Shown: piece after piece, positions 19,046 to 27,729 of the stretch
Position numbering within the stretch: the first letter of the stretch is position 1
How the letters are laid out: every line of letters begins with the position of its first letter
IMG/VR virus record: IMGVR_UViG_3300020060_000010
Span: 13,230-77,229 of that record
Strand: one strand, 5' to 3'
Length of the DNA: 64,000 nt
From: a virus
Position numbers and translations under genes: made by a program
Notes under the pieces: model-generated
The model's input: the letters and a program-made list of their open reading frames with translations, nothing else
Told to the model about the DNA's origin: nothing
Database searches by the model: none

Positions 19046-19376
19046 CTACTTCCTCAACAATCTCCTGTAGCTTCTCGCCAATCTCAACCTCTACTGGCTT
19101 ATTGCCGCGATAGTCTGTGTTCTGTAGATTATGTGCGAGTACGGCTACCTTACGGACTGCTGCCCAAAGTGCATTGTACTCTTCTTCGTCAATCTCCATA
19201 CTATCACTCATCACGCCACTCCTTAATCAGTTTGAGTACCTGTCGGCTTATATGGTTCTTCTGATTGTGCTTAGCCGCATAGTCTTCGATGTCATTGACA
19301 AGCGATAGTAGTCTATGCGCCTCCTTCTCGTAATTCACCAAAAGCCACTTACTGTCCGCGCGAAGGTCATCGCTGT

Positions 19377-19583
19377 TCATAACCGATCCTCCAGCTTAGC
19401 AATGATACTACGGTGACTCACCCAGTGATACATTTCCTCTGCGCTCCAACGATAGTCCTTGGCGATTTCAACTAGAGCCGCGACAAACTGGTCTTCAGCC
19501 TCCCCAATCGCCTCGTAGGTATCCTCGTGTCGCATGTCCTCGTAGTCTTCGTCAGACATGCTCGGATCGTCATTGTAACTCAC
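19377..19583 (-). CDS. Hypothetical, strongly acidic protein
   Basis: 4-bp overlap. Confidence 0.6.
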   Translation of the reverse strand: MSYNDDPSMSDEDYEDMRHEDTYEAIGEAEDQFVAALVEIAKDYRWSAEEMYHWVSHRSIIAKLEDRL

Positions 19584-19819
19584 AGTTCCTCCTTCAGCGC
19601 CGTTGGATGAGACCTACCGATAGATGTAATGGTTACGCGGTGTTCGTCGTAGGTGCCAAAGTAATGCGTTGTATTGTAAACTAAGCTATTGACGAAATGG
19701 AATGGAGGAATGATGAATCCATACTTGTCCGCCGAAACTACAATACCTTCTACCTTGGTCCCGTTGTCCAGCTTGAGTGATACAAAGTCGCCCTTCTGGA
19801 TCTTCTGTGGATCAAGCAT
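19580..19819 (-). CDS. Hypothetical protein (KOW-like IQKGDFVSL)
   Basis: 1-bp overlap. Confidence 0.6.
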   Translation of the reverse strand: MLDPQKIQKGDFVSLKLDNGTKVEGIVVSADKYGFIIPPFHFVNSLVYNTTHYFGTYDEHRVTITSIGRSHPTALKEEL

Positions 19820-20220
19820 CAGAAACCTGCCTTCACTGTCTCGATAGCGCGGTTATATTCTTCTGAGTTCTCTTCGTAGTAGCCGTTATCAAGGCGGTCC
19901 TTCGTACAAGGGACACAATCGCACTCTTCGTCGGAGTCACCGTGAATCCAATCGATCCGGCCGATGTTGAGCCAACCGTAGCCGTAGACATCGATGCTGC
20001 CAGCGATAGCGTAGTCACCGTCCATGTAGAGCCAGTAGATATCTTGGCCGCGTCCAGTTCGGGTCTCTTCGAGGTAGTCTACCATCATATTATGGCTGTA
20101 GTACGAATGATCAATGTGGATGCCGTAGTCGTTGCGGAGAGAATTAAATACGCGCTCTACTTCGGCAATCTGCTTGTCTGTCATCTTGCTCTTGATAAAG
20201 CCGCTCATGATACAGGCCAT
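19819..20220 (-). CDS. Hypothetical protein
   Basis: Acidic, CxCxxC near C-terminus. Confidence 0.65.
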   Translation of the reverse strand: MACIMSGFIKSKMTDKQIAEVERVFNSLRNDYGIHIDHSYYSHNMMVDYLEETRTGRGQDIYWLYMDGDYAIAGSIDVYGYGWLNIGRIDWIHGDSDEECDCVPCTKDRLDNGYYEENSEEYNRAIETVKAGF

Positions 20221-20456
20221 CCGTACTTGCGAACATATTCATCCAGCGCATCGCCGACGCTATCTTTGCGCAAGCTATCGTGAATATAGTTGGTGTCGAT
20301 ATCCCAGCGCTTTGCTACTGGCTCAAGAGATAGAAAGAACTCTACCCAGGCAGTTTTAACGGCGTCTTCGAACACTTCGTAACGAACATCCAAACCTTCA
20401 TCAGATAGCTCGTCATATTCTTTGTCCCAGTACTGTGCCTTAATTCCGTCATCCAT
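20205..20456 (-). CDS. Hypothetical acidic protein
   Basis: Start moved to MDDGIK. Confidence 0.6.
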   Translation of the reverse strand: MDDGIKAQYWDKEYDELSDEGLDVRYEVFEDAVKTAWVEFFLSLEPVAKRWDIDTNYIHDSLRKDSVGDALDEYVRKYGWPVS

Positions 20457-20877
20457 GACTTGTCTCCTTATATACTCGTACGAGTGCTGGATGTTCTGCG
20501 CGCCATTGTGCCCACGAATCATCCGTCAGTTTCCAATCAATCCATTCCTGGATATCAGGCTTGCCCGGAAGCGGTGCTTCACCCTTCGCACATCTTTCAC
20601 ATACTTCAGCGTACACCATATCATTGTTATCGTCTAGAGTGTATGTATCCTCATCATCCCAATCAACCGGCTCACCAGTGATTGAATGCCAAGAGCCAAA
20701 CTGAAGATGTAGTTCACAAAAGAACAGACCACAACCATGTTCTCCACCATACGGCTTGGAACCACAGACGTATCCTAGTCCGCGATCAATCTGTACCTGA
20801 CAACCAGGATGGTCACATTCTGCGGGAACACCATAGCCGATGTCTCGACCGTTATGGTATCCAATCTGCCAACCCAT
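20449..20877 (-). CDS. Conserved Cys/His-rich phage protein
   Basis: MGW.IG....RDIGYGVPA.CDHPGC...IDRGL.YVCG..PYGGE.GCGLFFC..H motif. Confidence 0.8.
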   Translation of the reverse strand: MGWQIGYHNGRDIGYGVPAECDHPGCQVQIDRGLGYVCGSKPYGGEHGCGLFFCELHLQFGSWHSITGEPVDWDDEDTYTLDDNNDMVYAEVCERCAKGEAPLPGKPDIQEWIDWKLTDDSWAQWRAEHPALVRVYKETSHG

Positions 20878-20878
20878 G

Positions 20879-21124
20879 TCAGGCCACTTCTTCTCGGTAG
20901 TTCTTAACAAGAGTATCAATGACAGAAGCTACTACTGAAGAAGGCAGGAAGCCAGTGTAGATCGAAGCGAAATACCCATTCCCGCTCTTGTACAGAGTTA
21001 GATCCTTTTCGTCCATCTCGAAACTGAAGCCAGCAAGTGTGTACTCTGTGTCGAACTCGTCATCAGCAGAGTGACGCTCCCACGCGAAGCAACTCTTGTC
21101 CGCGACTTCTCCAATAAAGCTCAT
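20879..21124 (-). CDS. Hypothetical protein
   Basis: Start moved to MSFIGE; AGGAGGAG RBS. Confidence 0.65.
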   Translation of the reverse strand: MSFIGEVADKSCFAWERHSADDEFDTEYTLAGFSFEMDEKDLTLYKSGNGYFASIYTGFLPSSVVASVIDTLVKNYREEVA

Positions 21125-21164
21125 CTTGTCTCCTCCTGTAGTAGTTACCTGAACAGTAGCACTG

Positions 21165-22232
21165 TTACTTGGTGTCGTCAAGTAGATTCTTGAGCCAAGC
21201 TGCGGCCAAGAACAATCCGTCAGCTTCACCGGAGATCTGTGCCGCGTTGACCTCGTGCCGGGACGGGTTGTCCTCGTTACTCTGATCATACTTCATGGCG
21301 CGGTCAGTAATTTGCTGCACCAGTTCCTGTACCTTGGCGCGGTCTACTGTCTTGGGCTCAATGTCATCTTGGCCTAAAACAATATCCAAATGGTCGTTGT
21401 ACTTAGAATCTTCCTTAGCTACATGGGTAAGAGCAGTCACAGCAATTCCGTCAGTGTCGCCATTAGACCGAACGTACCCTTCAGCATACCCGCCTGATAC
21501 GTCAGTAACAGTATATACTGCGTGTTCACCCCAGCGTACACAATCTCCTACCTTGATAGGACGATCGATTGGCTTGAAGCCTGCGAGGTACTCTGGTTCG
21601 GGGTTGTTAGAGACAAACAGGCCACTGACGCCAACACTACCGGGATGACGGCTAATCTTATAGTTAAAGAAGTCTCCGAGAGGAATATCTCCCGCGATCT
21701 GTACGTAAGAGTCATAGTCAGGTAGTTCTACTGGCTTGAACTCTCCGAGCGCCGTCACTGCCTCTTCGGTCAATTCGGCGTAATCAGTATTTGGCAGCCA
21801 ACGTTCAAGAACACGATCCAGACCAGTATGGGTACCAACCTGGTTGTAATCATCAATGTGTACCTGTACAAGAGCACTATTCTTCTCAAACTCTTCCTTG
21901 GTGTAGATGTCAGTGATATCTTTGCCGGAAGAGAGAAAAGCATCAGTACTGTATACTACGCGCCACTTGTTGGTAACATCTCCTGCGACCTTAACTCTAT
22001 CTCCTGCCTTAATAACTGGTCCAGTAGTGTAAGAAAGAGTAGGAATAGAGAAGGTGCGATCCTTTACCTCGTTTGCTGGCTTAATCTGAACACCGCTCGC
22101 GTTAACGATGAACAGTGGCTTCTTCAACTTCTCTACCTCGCGCTCAAGCCTAGATACACGGTCAAGTGTGTTTTCCATATCGGTGCCGAGATCGTACAAC
22201 TGATCGTTGACACTAGGTAGTTCAAAAGTCAT
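21165..22232 (-). CDS. Mosaic hypothetical protein with coiled coil and two KOW-like motifs
   Basis: IKAGDRVKV and IKVGDCVRW. Confidence 0.75.
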   Translation of the reverse strand: MTFELPSVNDQLYDLGTDMENTLDRVSRLEREVEKLKKPLFIVNASGVQIKPANEVKDRTFSIPTLSYTTGPVIKAGDRVKVAGDVTNKWRVVYSTDAFLSSGKDITDIYTKEEFEKNSALVQVHIDDYNQVGTHTGLDRVLERWLPNTDYAELTEEAVTALGEFKPVELPDYDSYVQIAGDIPLGDFFNYKISRHPGSVGVSGLFVSNNPEPEYLAGFKPIDRPIKVGDCVRWGEHAVYTVTDVSGGYAEGYVRSNGDTDGIAVTALTHVAKEDSKYNDHLDIVLGQDDIEPKTVDRAKVQELVQQITDRAMKYDQSNEDNPSRHEVNAAQISGEADGLFLAAAWLKNLLDDTK

Positions 22233-22432
22233 TAGTTCTCCTCCAGTAGTTCTAGTAGGTCTTCTCCGATGACGGCAACTTCAGGTCGCTGCTGATTAGC
22301 TAACGCTAGCGCGTACTCGCGTACCTTGTCAAGAGTAATCTCGGATACCGGAAGGTGACCTTTGGTAGGCACATAAACAAGGTCATTGTCGCACTCAAAG
22401 CAAGTATAGTTACTCATTGTCCCAATCTCCAA
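22232..22432 (-). CDS. Hypothetical protein
   Basis: CxxC near N-terminus. Confidence 0.55.
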   Translation of the reverse strand: MEIGTMSNYTCFECDNDLVYVPTKGHLPVSEITLDKVREYALALANQQRPEVAVIGEDLLELLEEN

Positions 22433-22631
22433 TCAAGTCGTCTAGTAGTTCAAGAGTTGTGTTAAAACCTGATTCTTGTCCGGCATTATACGCGGCCAAC
22501 CTATTGCGATTATTTTCGTCATTAATACGAGCAGACTCCTCTGCAATAGCTAGCTCGTGTCCAATGTTGTATCGCACCTTCTTAAGGTCTGCAAGGATAT
22601 CTTCTGCCTTCTTACCCATCAGGCCCACCAA
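22410..22631 (-). CDS. Hypothetical protein
   Basis: ORF in gene run. Confidence 0.55.
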   Translation of the reverse strand: MVGLMGKKAEDILADLKKVRYNIGHELAIAEESARINDENNRNRLAAYNAGQESGFNTTLELLDDLIGDWDNE

Positions 22632-22795
22632 TCACAAGCGTCTACAACAGCCTGGTATGCCGCACGGACCTCTTCAGGTACAACCTGTAGCAGAATACTG
22701 TCCGCGTATGAGTGTGCAAACTCGGGATCGCCGAAATGCAACAGTGCCACATTCTGTAGCTGCTTGATCGCCGCTGCCTTTGTCAACTTTGCCAT
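22619..22795 (-). CDS. Hypothetical protein
   Basis: Start moved to MAKLTK (downstream of tRNA); AAAGGAG RBS. Confidence 0.65.
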   Translation of the reverse strand: MAKLTKAAAIKQLQNVALLHFGDPEFAHSYADSILLQVVPEEVRAAYQAVVDACDWWA

Positions 22796-22821
22796 CTCTC
22801 TCCTTTTTGATAGTTGTTTTG

Positions 22822-22888
22822 CACCGCATGCAAGAATCGAACTTGCTGTCGTAGGCCTAGAAAACCCTGACCTATCCAAAGATGCGGC
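22822..22888 (-). tRNA. Atypical short tRNA, best read as Arg(UCU); no encoded CCA
   Basis: Acceptor GCCGCAT/ATGCGGT, T arm GCAAG-TTCGATT-CTTGC, anticodon loop TT-TCT-AG; only 13 nt between acceptor and anticodon stems. Confidence 0.7.
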
Positions 22889-22902
22889 TTGCTGTTAGAT
22901 CA

Positions 22903-22932
22903 AACGTATCACGAGTGCCGACATTACGTCAA
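22903..22932 (-). promoter_or_regulatory. Promoter for the tRNA
   Basis: TTGACG-18-TACGTT. Confidence 0.65.
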
Positions 22933-23000
22933 GAGGTCAGAAGATGTTTCTTACATAAGCCTGGACTGTTTGACCTATCTTAAACGGTACAGAGCTACGG

Positions 23001-23351
23001 TTATCGGTTATTTTCATACTTGGCCTCTTCTCCTTTGGGAATCATTAGTTCGGGTAGGATGGTTGCGATGATTTTGATAGGTTGGTTCGCGTAGTAGCGG
23101 CTGATTTCACCAGTTGTAATGTATTCAGAGTCTTCTAGCTCAGGATAAGCATATGAAGCGTATGAGCGAGAGGAGTTGTGTTGCCATGTCCACAAATCGT
23201 TCACTCCGCGATAATGCAACCATCGTACAAACCGCACCGGCTGTTTACTATCGTCAGACAATACGTCATATGTTTCAATGAGAGCTACATTGTTATCAGT
23301 CCAGAACATCATCGTGTTAGTCCCATCAAGGTATGCATGTACTGCTCCCAT
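23001..23351 (-). CDS. Hypothetical protein
   Basis: ORF in gene run. Confidence 0.6.
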   Translation of the reverse strand: MGAVHAYLDGTNTMMFWTDNNVALIETYDVLSDDSKQPVRFVRWLHYRGVNDLWTWQHNSSRSYASYAYPELEDSEYITTGEISRYYANQPIKIIATILPELMIPKGEEAKYENNR

Positions 23352-23521
23352 GCTTCATCGGTTACATCTTTTAGTTCGATACAATCAACCGCGCCAGGAA
23401 CAGGAACTCTCTGCCCGAAGAAGTAGGGAGAGTTAAAATCTGTCCGCTCATGACGGTTATCTGACTCGAAAGTGTGCAGTACTTCTCCGGCCTCGTCAAT
23501 GTAGGCCCAACCTTGGCTCAC
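23309..23521 (-). CDS. Hypothetical protein
   Basis: 4-bp overlap. Confidence 0.6.
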   Translation of the reverse strand: MSQGWAYIDEAGEVLHTFESDNRHERTDFNSPYFFGQRVPVPGAVDCIELKDVTDEAWEQYMHTLMGLTR

Positions 23522-23736
23522 GGCTTCTCCATCAAGTGTAGTGTTAGTAGAATACCTTTGGCATTCTCGAACTCGCCAGTCCAGAAACTCTCATAGCTGG
23601 GATAATCTTCAATGTCCTGGTTGCTACTCCACCAATCCATCATGAAATTATTTACAATATTATCAAGATCTTGTACTGGCATCTCGTCCTTCGATCTTAA
23701 CAGATGACTTCCAGTGTCCGGTTTCCCAACTCTCAT
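23518..23736 (-). CDS. Hypothetical protein
   Basis: Start uncertain. Confidence 0.5.
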   Translation of the reverse strand: MRVGKPDTGSHLLRSKDEMPVQDLDNIVNNFMMDWWSSNQDIEDYPSYESFWTGEFENAKGILLTLHLMEKP

Positions 23737-23870
23737 CCAGATCCGCCGAAAGGTTGGCCAGAGGACAACCCCAAGGAATACGATTCTTGATTGGTTTAGG
23801 TAGGGCCATAATTACTGTGTCAATAACGTTGCATAGACTCTCCAGTGCCCACACGATGAAGTGCTTGAGT

Positions 23871-24110
23871 TTACTCGTCATCAAAGTACCACTGCTCAAT
23901 AGCGTCAATATCTTGTAGTTCTGTCAACATAGCTCGCTTGCCTTGGTCAAATAACATCTGTGCTACTGGGTAGATCCACTCAAGAGCCTGCTGCTTGACG
24001 CCCCACTGAGTGATCGTAGGCAGGTCGTCGAACGGGATAGTGCCGTCGTGTTTGGCGTATACGGCGCGTGCAGCTACATCAACTGCTTCTGTGAGTTCAG
24101 GCGCGCTCAT
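23871..24110 (-). CDS. Hypothetical protein
   Basis: 4-bp overlap. Confidence 0.65.
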   Translation of the reverse strand: MSAPELTEAVDVAARAVYAKHDGTIPFDDLPTITQWGVKQQALEWIYPVAQMLFDQGKRAMLTELQDIDAIEQWYFDDE

Positions 24111-24292
24111 AGCTTCTCTAATTCATCAGCGAAGAAAGGTAGTTGTAATGTTGTTATATCCATCTGAACCATGTAGTCAAACTCGTACTTATGCTCAACC
24201 TCGATCACTACACCAGTCGAACCAGTGCAATCATCGTAACCTTCGCGGCAAGCAACGACCTTTACCTTAGTACCTACTTCGTATCCGCTCAT
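24107..24292 (-). CDS. KOW/SH3-like small protein
   Basis: YEVGTKVKV...TGSTGVVI...Y.V.MD...F..DELE. Confidence 0.65.
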   Translation of the reverse strand: MSGYEVGTKVKVVACREGYDDCTGSTGVVIEVEHKYEFDYMVQMDITTLQLPFFADELEKL

Positions 24293-24480
24293 TCTGTCTC
24301 CTCATATGGGTTAGGCCAACCTTCATGTGTGTTGTTACCTTTCCGCCACGCATCGGCTTGTAGGGCCTTGAGCCCGCGATCCACTTCCTCTTCTACGTTA
24401 TCTCTATATCGACCTTGCCAAGGGCCACCAGTGATAGCCCAATCTCGAATTTCTTCAATAGAAGGTGTGTAGTTAGTCAC
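24289..24480 (-). CDS. Hypothetical protein
   Basis: 4-bp overlaps. Confidence 0.6.
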   Translation of the reverse strand: MTNYTPSIEEIRDWAITGGPWQGRYRDNVEEEVDRGLKALQADAWRKGNNTHEGWPNPYEETE

Positions 24481-24809
24481 AGTCCTTCCAGTTCGTTGGC
24501 GTAGTCAGCAATCTCTTTGGCCTTGTTACGTAGAACGTACTCTACAGCAGTCTCTTCAGTGCCGTCAAGCTGGCTGAGAGAATCTTTCACTGCCGCGTTG
24601 TAGGAGTCTCGCTCCTGCTGCTCAAGGATCTCTACGATCTCGTTGATGCTGCCTTCTCTGGTTGCCGCTCTGCCCTCTGGTGACATGCGCCAGGCAAATT
24701 CAGCCTTTAGCTGCTCTGACTCGTCTAACTCATCTTCGTAGTCAGACAGTAGAGCGTCAAGGTCGTCTTCGTACTCGTCCCAGCCGCGTGTCATCAGTTC
24801 ACCGGCCAC
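24477..24809 (-). CDS. Hypothetical acidic protein
   Basis: ORF in gene run. Confidence 0.6.
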   Translation of the reverse strand: MAGELMTRGWDEYEDDLDALLSDYEDELDESEQLKAEFAWRMSPEGRAATREGSINEIVEILEQQERDSYNAAVKDSLSQLDGTEETAVEYVLRNKAKEIADYANELEGL

Positions 24810-25060
24810 AGGACAATAGCTTCAACTGCCGTATCTGGCGCTGCAAAGTATTCGTCAGGCTCACCAGTTTCTTCTCGCTGCTCATCAGTCATGTAAGCGT
24901 CTCCTGACCATGTACTGGTAGCCTCATACAGACCAACATACCCTTCTGTAAGCGGAGAGAATCCGTTGCCTTCTGCATCCTTTGATAGAATGATAACTGT
25001 TTCTCCTGGCAAGTCAGATAGGTCTTCAGTCAATAGTCTAATCAGTTCATCTTTAGTCAT
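24794..25060 (-). CDS. Conserved hypothetical protein
   Basis: MT..ELI..L...P....VILSKDAEGNGFSPL...IVLWPVN motif. Confidence 0.7.
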   Translation of the reverse strand: MTKDELIRLLTEDLSDLPGETVIILSKDAEGNGFSPLTEGYVGLYEATSTWSGDAYMTDEQREETGEPDEYFAAPDTAVEAIVLWPVN

Positions 25061-25308
25061 CAGAACGGCCTCTTGACGTACTTCTGCTCAAACCACCAGA
25101 TCAGGTTAGCTAATCCGACCAAGAGCCCGAGCAGGATACCAAGACCAACAGTGATGATTGCACCGGATGCCGGACCATACCACAGTGGCTGGCCATCATT
25201 GTAAGCAGCAAGAGTAAAAACTGCAGTAGTGGAGATGAATACGAAGATAGTTCCTAGGATGCCGAGACCAATATTGAACGCCCTGCGGCTAATCATTCGT
25301 TGTCCCAA
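25060..25308 (-). CDS. Membrane protein (2 TM)
   Basis: Two hydrophobic helices. Confidence 0.7.
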   Translation of the reverse strand: MGQRMISRRAFNIGLGILGTIFVFISTTAVFTLAAYNDGQPLWYGPASGAIITVGLGILLGLLVGLANLIWWFEQKYVKRPF

Positions 25309-25502
25309 GAGACAGTAACGTTGGCGTCGCGGACCAGAGTATGGATGGCCTCGTAGATCTCTTCGCGTTCGTCGTCGTCAATCTCATATTCGTCAAATAG
25401 ATCATTCAACTCATAGTTCTCACAGATAGATAGAAACTCAAAATCCTCAAGCTGTGTCTTGATAAAATCTCGTGCGAAATCACGCTTAGTTGCGTCATCC
25501 AT
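25293..25502 (-). CDS. Hypothetical acidic protein
   Basis: AAGGAG RBS. Confidence 0.65.
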   Translation of the reverse strand: MDDATKRDFARDFIKTQLEDFEFLSICENYELNDLFDEYEIDDDEREEIYEAIHTLVRDANVTVSWDNE

Positions 25503-25920
25503 TGTTGTTCTCCTTCGTTAGTTCTACTGACTTGCCGGAATTAAGGTCACGTTCTAGCTCGCGGCTCAACATGGTGCTGGTGTACTCATAATCCAGATAG
25601 TTAGCAGCCTGTGCAGCGCTAGCGGAGACCAGAGGATCATGGTTCGCCGTGATACGCGAGTAGCTCCGAGCAAGGTCCGCCTCTTCCTTGAGTGTGAGAG
25701 TCTTTGATAGCCCGCGTGCAGGGGTTAGACGATTGTAGATGCGCTCTCCGTAGAACATTAGCAGCAACGCCCACAGTAGTGTGCTGCCGATGTCTCCAGT
25801 GCCGATCCAAACTGCCAGGTTTACACCGAACACGACATTAGAAATAGCAATGAGAATCAGAAGGAACAATCCTCCAATGTCTCGTACTGCTTCCTTGATC
25901 CATTCCCAGTTCTCTCTCAT
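25495..25920 (-). CDS. Membrane protein (2 TM)
   Basis: N-terminal hydrophobic helices. Confidence 0.7.
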   Translation of the reverse strand: MRENWEWIKEAVRDIGGLFLLILIAISNVVFGVNLAVWIGTGDIGSTLLWALLLMFYGERIYNRLTPARGLSKTLTLKEEADLARSYSRITANHDPLVSASAAQAANYLDYEYTSTMLSRELERDLNSGKSVELTKENNNG

Positions 25921-26174
25921 CGTGGCTCCTTCAAGTCTCGTAGTTCCATCGTGTTAGCTTGCTGGTTGAGCCAGACATATACGTCGCGCTCACTCAGTGT
26001 CTTCTCTGTCTTGGTGCTGTCCAGCGTCTCTGCCAGATCACGCAGTAGCTTCCGCATCGACTCGTGTGCTTGGTGAATCTCCATGTACTTGTAAGTCACT
26101 TCTCTCCTCCTGTAGTGGTTTCTCTTCTTTACAGTATCAGCGCAGAAAGAGCCTGTCAATGGTTTCTGCTCCAC
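25917..26174 (-). CDS. Hypothetical protein
   Basis: Start uncertain. Confidence 0.5.
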   Translation of the reverse strand: MEQKPLTGSFCADTVKKRNHYRRREVTYKYMEIHQAHESMRKLLRDLAETLDSTKTEKTLSERDVYVWLNQQANTMELRDLKEPR

Positions 26175-26395
26175 CAGTGATGTTTCTTCGCCGCGACCCG
26201 AGTGTTTCTCTCATCCCAGTGAAGAGGAGTCCTACCTCTGTACTCGGAGATGGCTCCGCAAGCGCATCTGAAGTACTGGTGGAGACCAGAGAATCCTTGA
26301 GTCTGGACCACGCAAACGTGGACGGTAGGAGGTACTGTGGCCTCGAACCAGGGAACGCCGTTCAAGTGTTGAATCTGTGAATCTCCATCAAGCAT
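26156..26395 (-). CDS. Hypothetical Cys/His protein
   Basis: H.C....RC.CG; promoter TTGACA-17-TAGGTT upstream (about 26429-26457). Confidence 0.65.
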   Translation of the reverse strand: MLDGDSQIQHLNGVPWFEATVPPTVHVCVVQTQGFSGLHQYFRCACGAISEYRGRTPLHWDERNTRVAAKKHHWWSRNH

Positions 26396-26462
26396 TCTGT
26401 TCTTGTCCTCTCTCGTGGTTGTAGTCCCAACCTACACCTAGAGAAGAAGCCTGTCAAGACGC

Positions 26463-26507
26463 AGAAAGACCCTGACGCTTTCTCACATGGAGCGCTTATC
26501 AGGGTCT
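26463..26507 (-). terminator. Intrinsic terminator
   Basis: AGACCCTGA/TCAGGGTCT stem followed by TTCT. Confidence 0.6.
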
Positions 26508-26727
26508 AACGCGGTGCCCGAAGGCTGTTACCATGTACAGGTATTGTGTGTTTCTCTTGGTTTCCTGGTACTTGATCCTGTACTGCAACCCTCTCAAAAT
26601 GCCATCGGTCTTGAGAGTTATTAAAGTCGATCCTAGCGCTTGGTCAGACTCCATGGCTACTAGAAAGGTCTGATACTTCCTAGTCTCACATCTACCCTGC
26701 TTTACGTCACAGGTCGGGGATCAACTA
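26508..26727 (-). ncRNA. Candidate structured ncRNA A
   Basis: Five hand-paired stems between a consensus promoter and a terminator; a 51-aa ORF without RBS (26499..26654) is the alternative. Confidence 0.4.
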
Positions 26728-26733
26728 CTACTA

Positions 26734-26762
26734 ACTATACTGTTTTCTCTGGCTCCCGTCAA
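26734..26762 (-). promoter_or_regulatory. Sigma-A/70-type promoter
   Basis: TTGACG-17-TATAGT. Confidence 0.75.
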
Positions 26763-26789
26763 GGGGTTTCAGAACTTTTTTTCAGCAAA

Positions 26790-27012
26790 ATGCCCCACCG
26801 TGGTTGGCTTCTGAGGGCGAACAGGTGGGGCACTGCTACAGGTACTCCTGCGAGAGGATTGCATTCAAGTCATGATGGTCGCGAGGGACTTTCACCCCAT
26901 CTTCTGCCGTGTGGGCAGACGTTTTGTGTTACAACCATGATTAAACTACGCGGCTAGACTTGACTACTTGTTGACAGCTAGCAAAGCACGTTCTAGAAAA
27001 CTTCGCTGCAAG
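26790..27012 (-). ncRNA. Candidate ncRNA B with a tRNA-like cloverleaf (26876-26955)
   Basis: TAGTTTAA...GG D-arm start, TCTGC/GCAGA stem with 7-nt loop, GGGG-TGAAAGT-CCCT arm, ends ACCA; promoter TTGTGC-17-TATATT (27017-27045); closing hairpin TGCCCCACC/GGTGGGGCA plus TTTT. Confidence 0.45.
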
Positions 27013-27101
27013 TACTAATATACTACTTCTTCAACTTCTGCACAAGAAAATCGAGGAACTTAATTAAGTTCTTTAGTGCGGCCGAGACGTAGTAGCGCCA
27101 G

Positions 27102-27308
27102 CTATAGCGTGCCATCTGTTCCGGCTCTGCTGAGAATCCATGCAACGACGATCGCAACCGCTCCGATGATGAGAAGAGTTACTGCTGAAGCGATAGATCC
27201 CCAGACACCCAGGATGGCCAGCACAAGTACCACTGCGCCGACTACGAGAAAAAGTACGCCGATACTACTTACTACACGTGTTAGAGACATTTGACCTCCA
27301 GTGATCAA
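27102..27308 (-). CDS. Membrane protein (2 TM)
   Basis: Almost entirely hydrophobic. Confidence 0.7.
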   Translation of the reverse strand: MITGGQMSLTRVVSSIGVLFLVVGAVVLVLAILGVWGSIASAVTLLIIGAVAIVVAWILSRAGTDGTL

Positions 27309-27333
27309 CTACACCTTATCATACGGAGGCCGA

Positions 27334-27729
27334 TCAGTCAAACGTCGCTTGTGGATCATTGTAGTTCGGTCTGAACCTAAACTCGATGCCCTTCATGTCT
27401 TGTACTCGATACTTGTAGGTGACAGTCGTTGTCTTACCTTTGGCGAGACGGATGGAGTTAGGACTCTCGACCAGGACCGCGTTTCCCTTGCTGGTAGACA
27501 GACCGGTCAACGGGCGTATCTCTACTTTCATACCTGCTCTGTTAGTGATCGTAACGCGGATTGAGACCTTCTTGGCCTCTTTGTCCAGGATCGGCTTAGC
27601 TGCCTTGATTTTGTAGTCTCCAAGTGTAACTGAATCACCAAAATCGAGGTGTTTCACCTTGGCAGTCTTCTCTGGCTCGCAAGCAGAGAGAAGCAACAGA
27701 AGAACTGCTACTACTGCCAGGATCTTCAT
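27334..27729 (-). CDS. Lipoprotein with Ig-like (DUF4352-like) domain
   Basis: Start moved to MKILAV; lipobox LSAC; V.V.ITN...L..GK......F pattern. Confidence 0.7.
   Translation of the reverse strand: MKILAVVAVLLLLLSACEPEKTAKVKHLDFGDSVTLGDYKIKAAKPILDKEAKKVSIRVTITNRAGMKVEIRPLTGLSTSKGNAVLVESPNSIRLAKGKTTTVTYKYRVQDMKGIEFRFRPNYNDPQATFD

Noticed and set aside
22849-22866. Amber-suppressor/Pyl (CUA) reading of the tRNA anticodon
   Set aside because: Centring CTA in a 7-nt loop leaves the anticodon stem unpaired; the TCT register gives four pairs and a standard variable loop. Not formally excluded without a charging assay.
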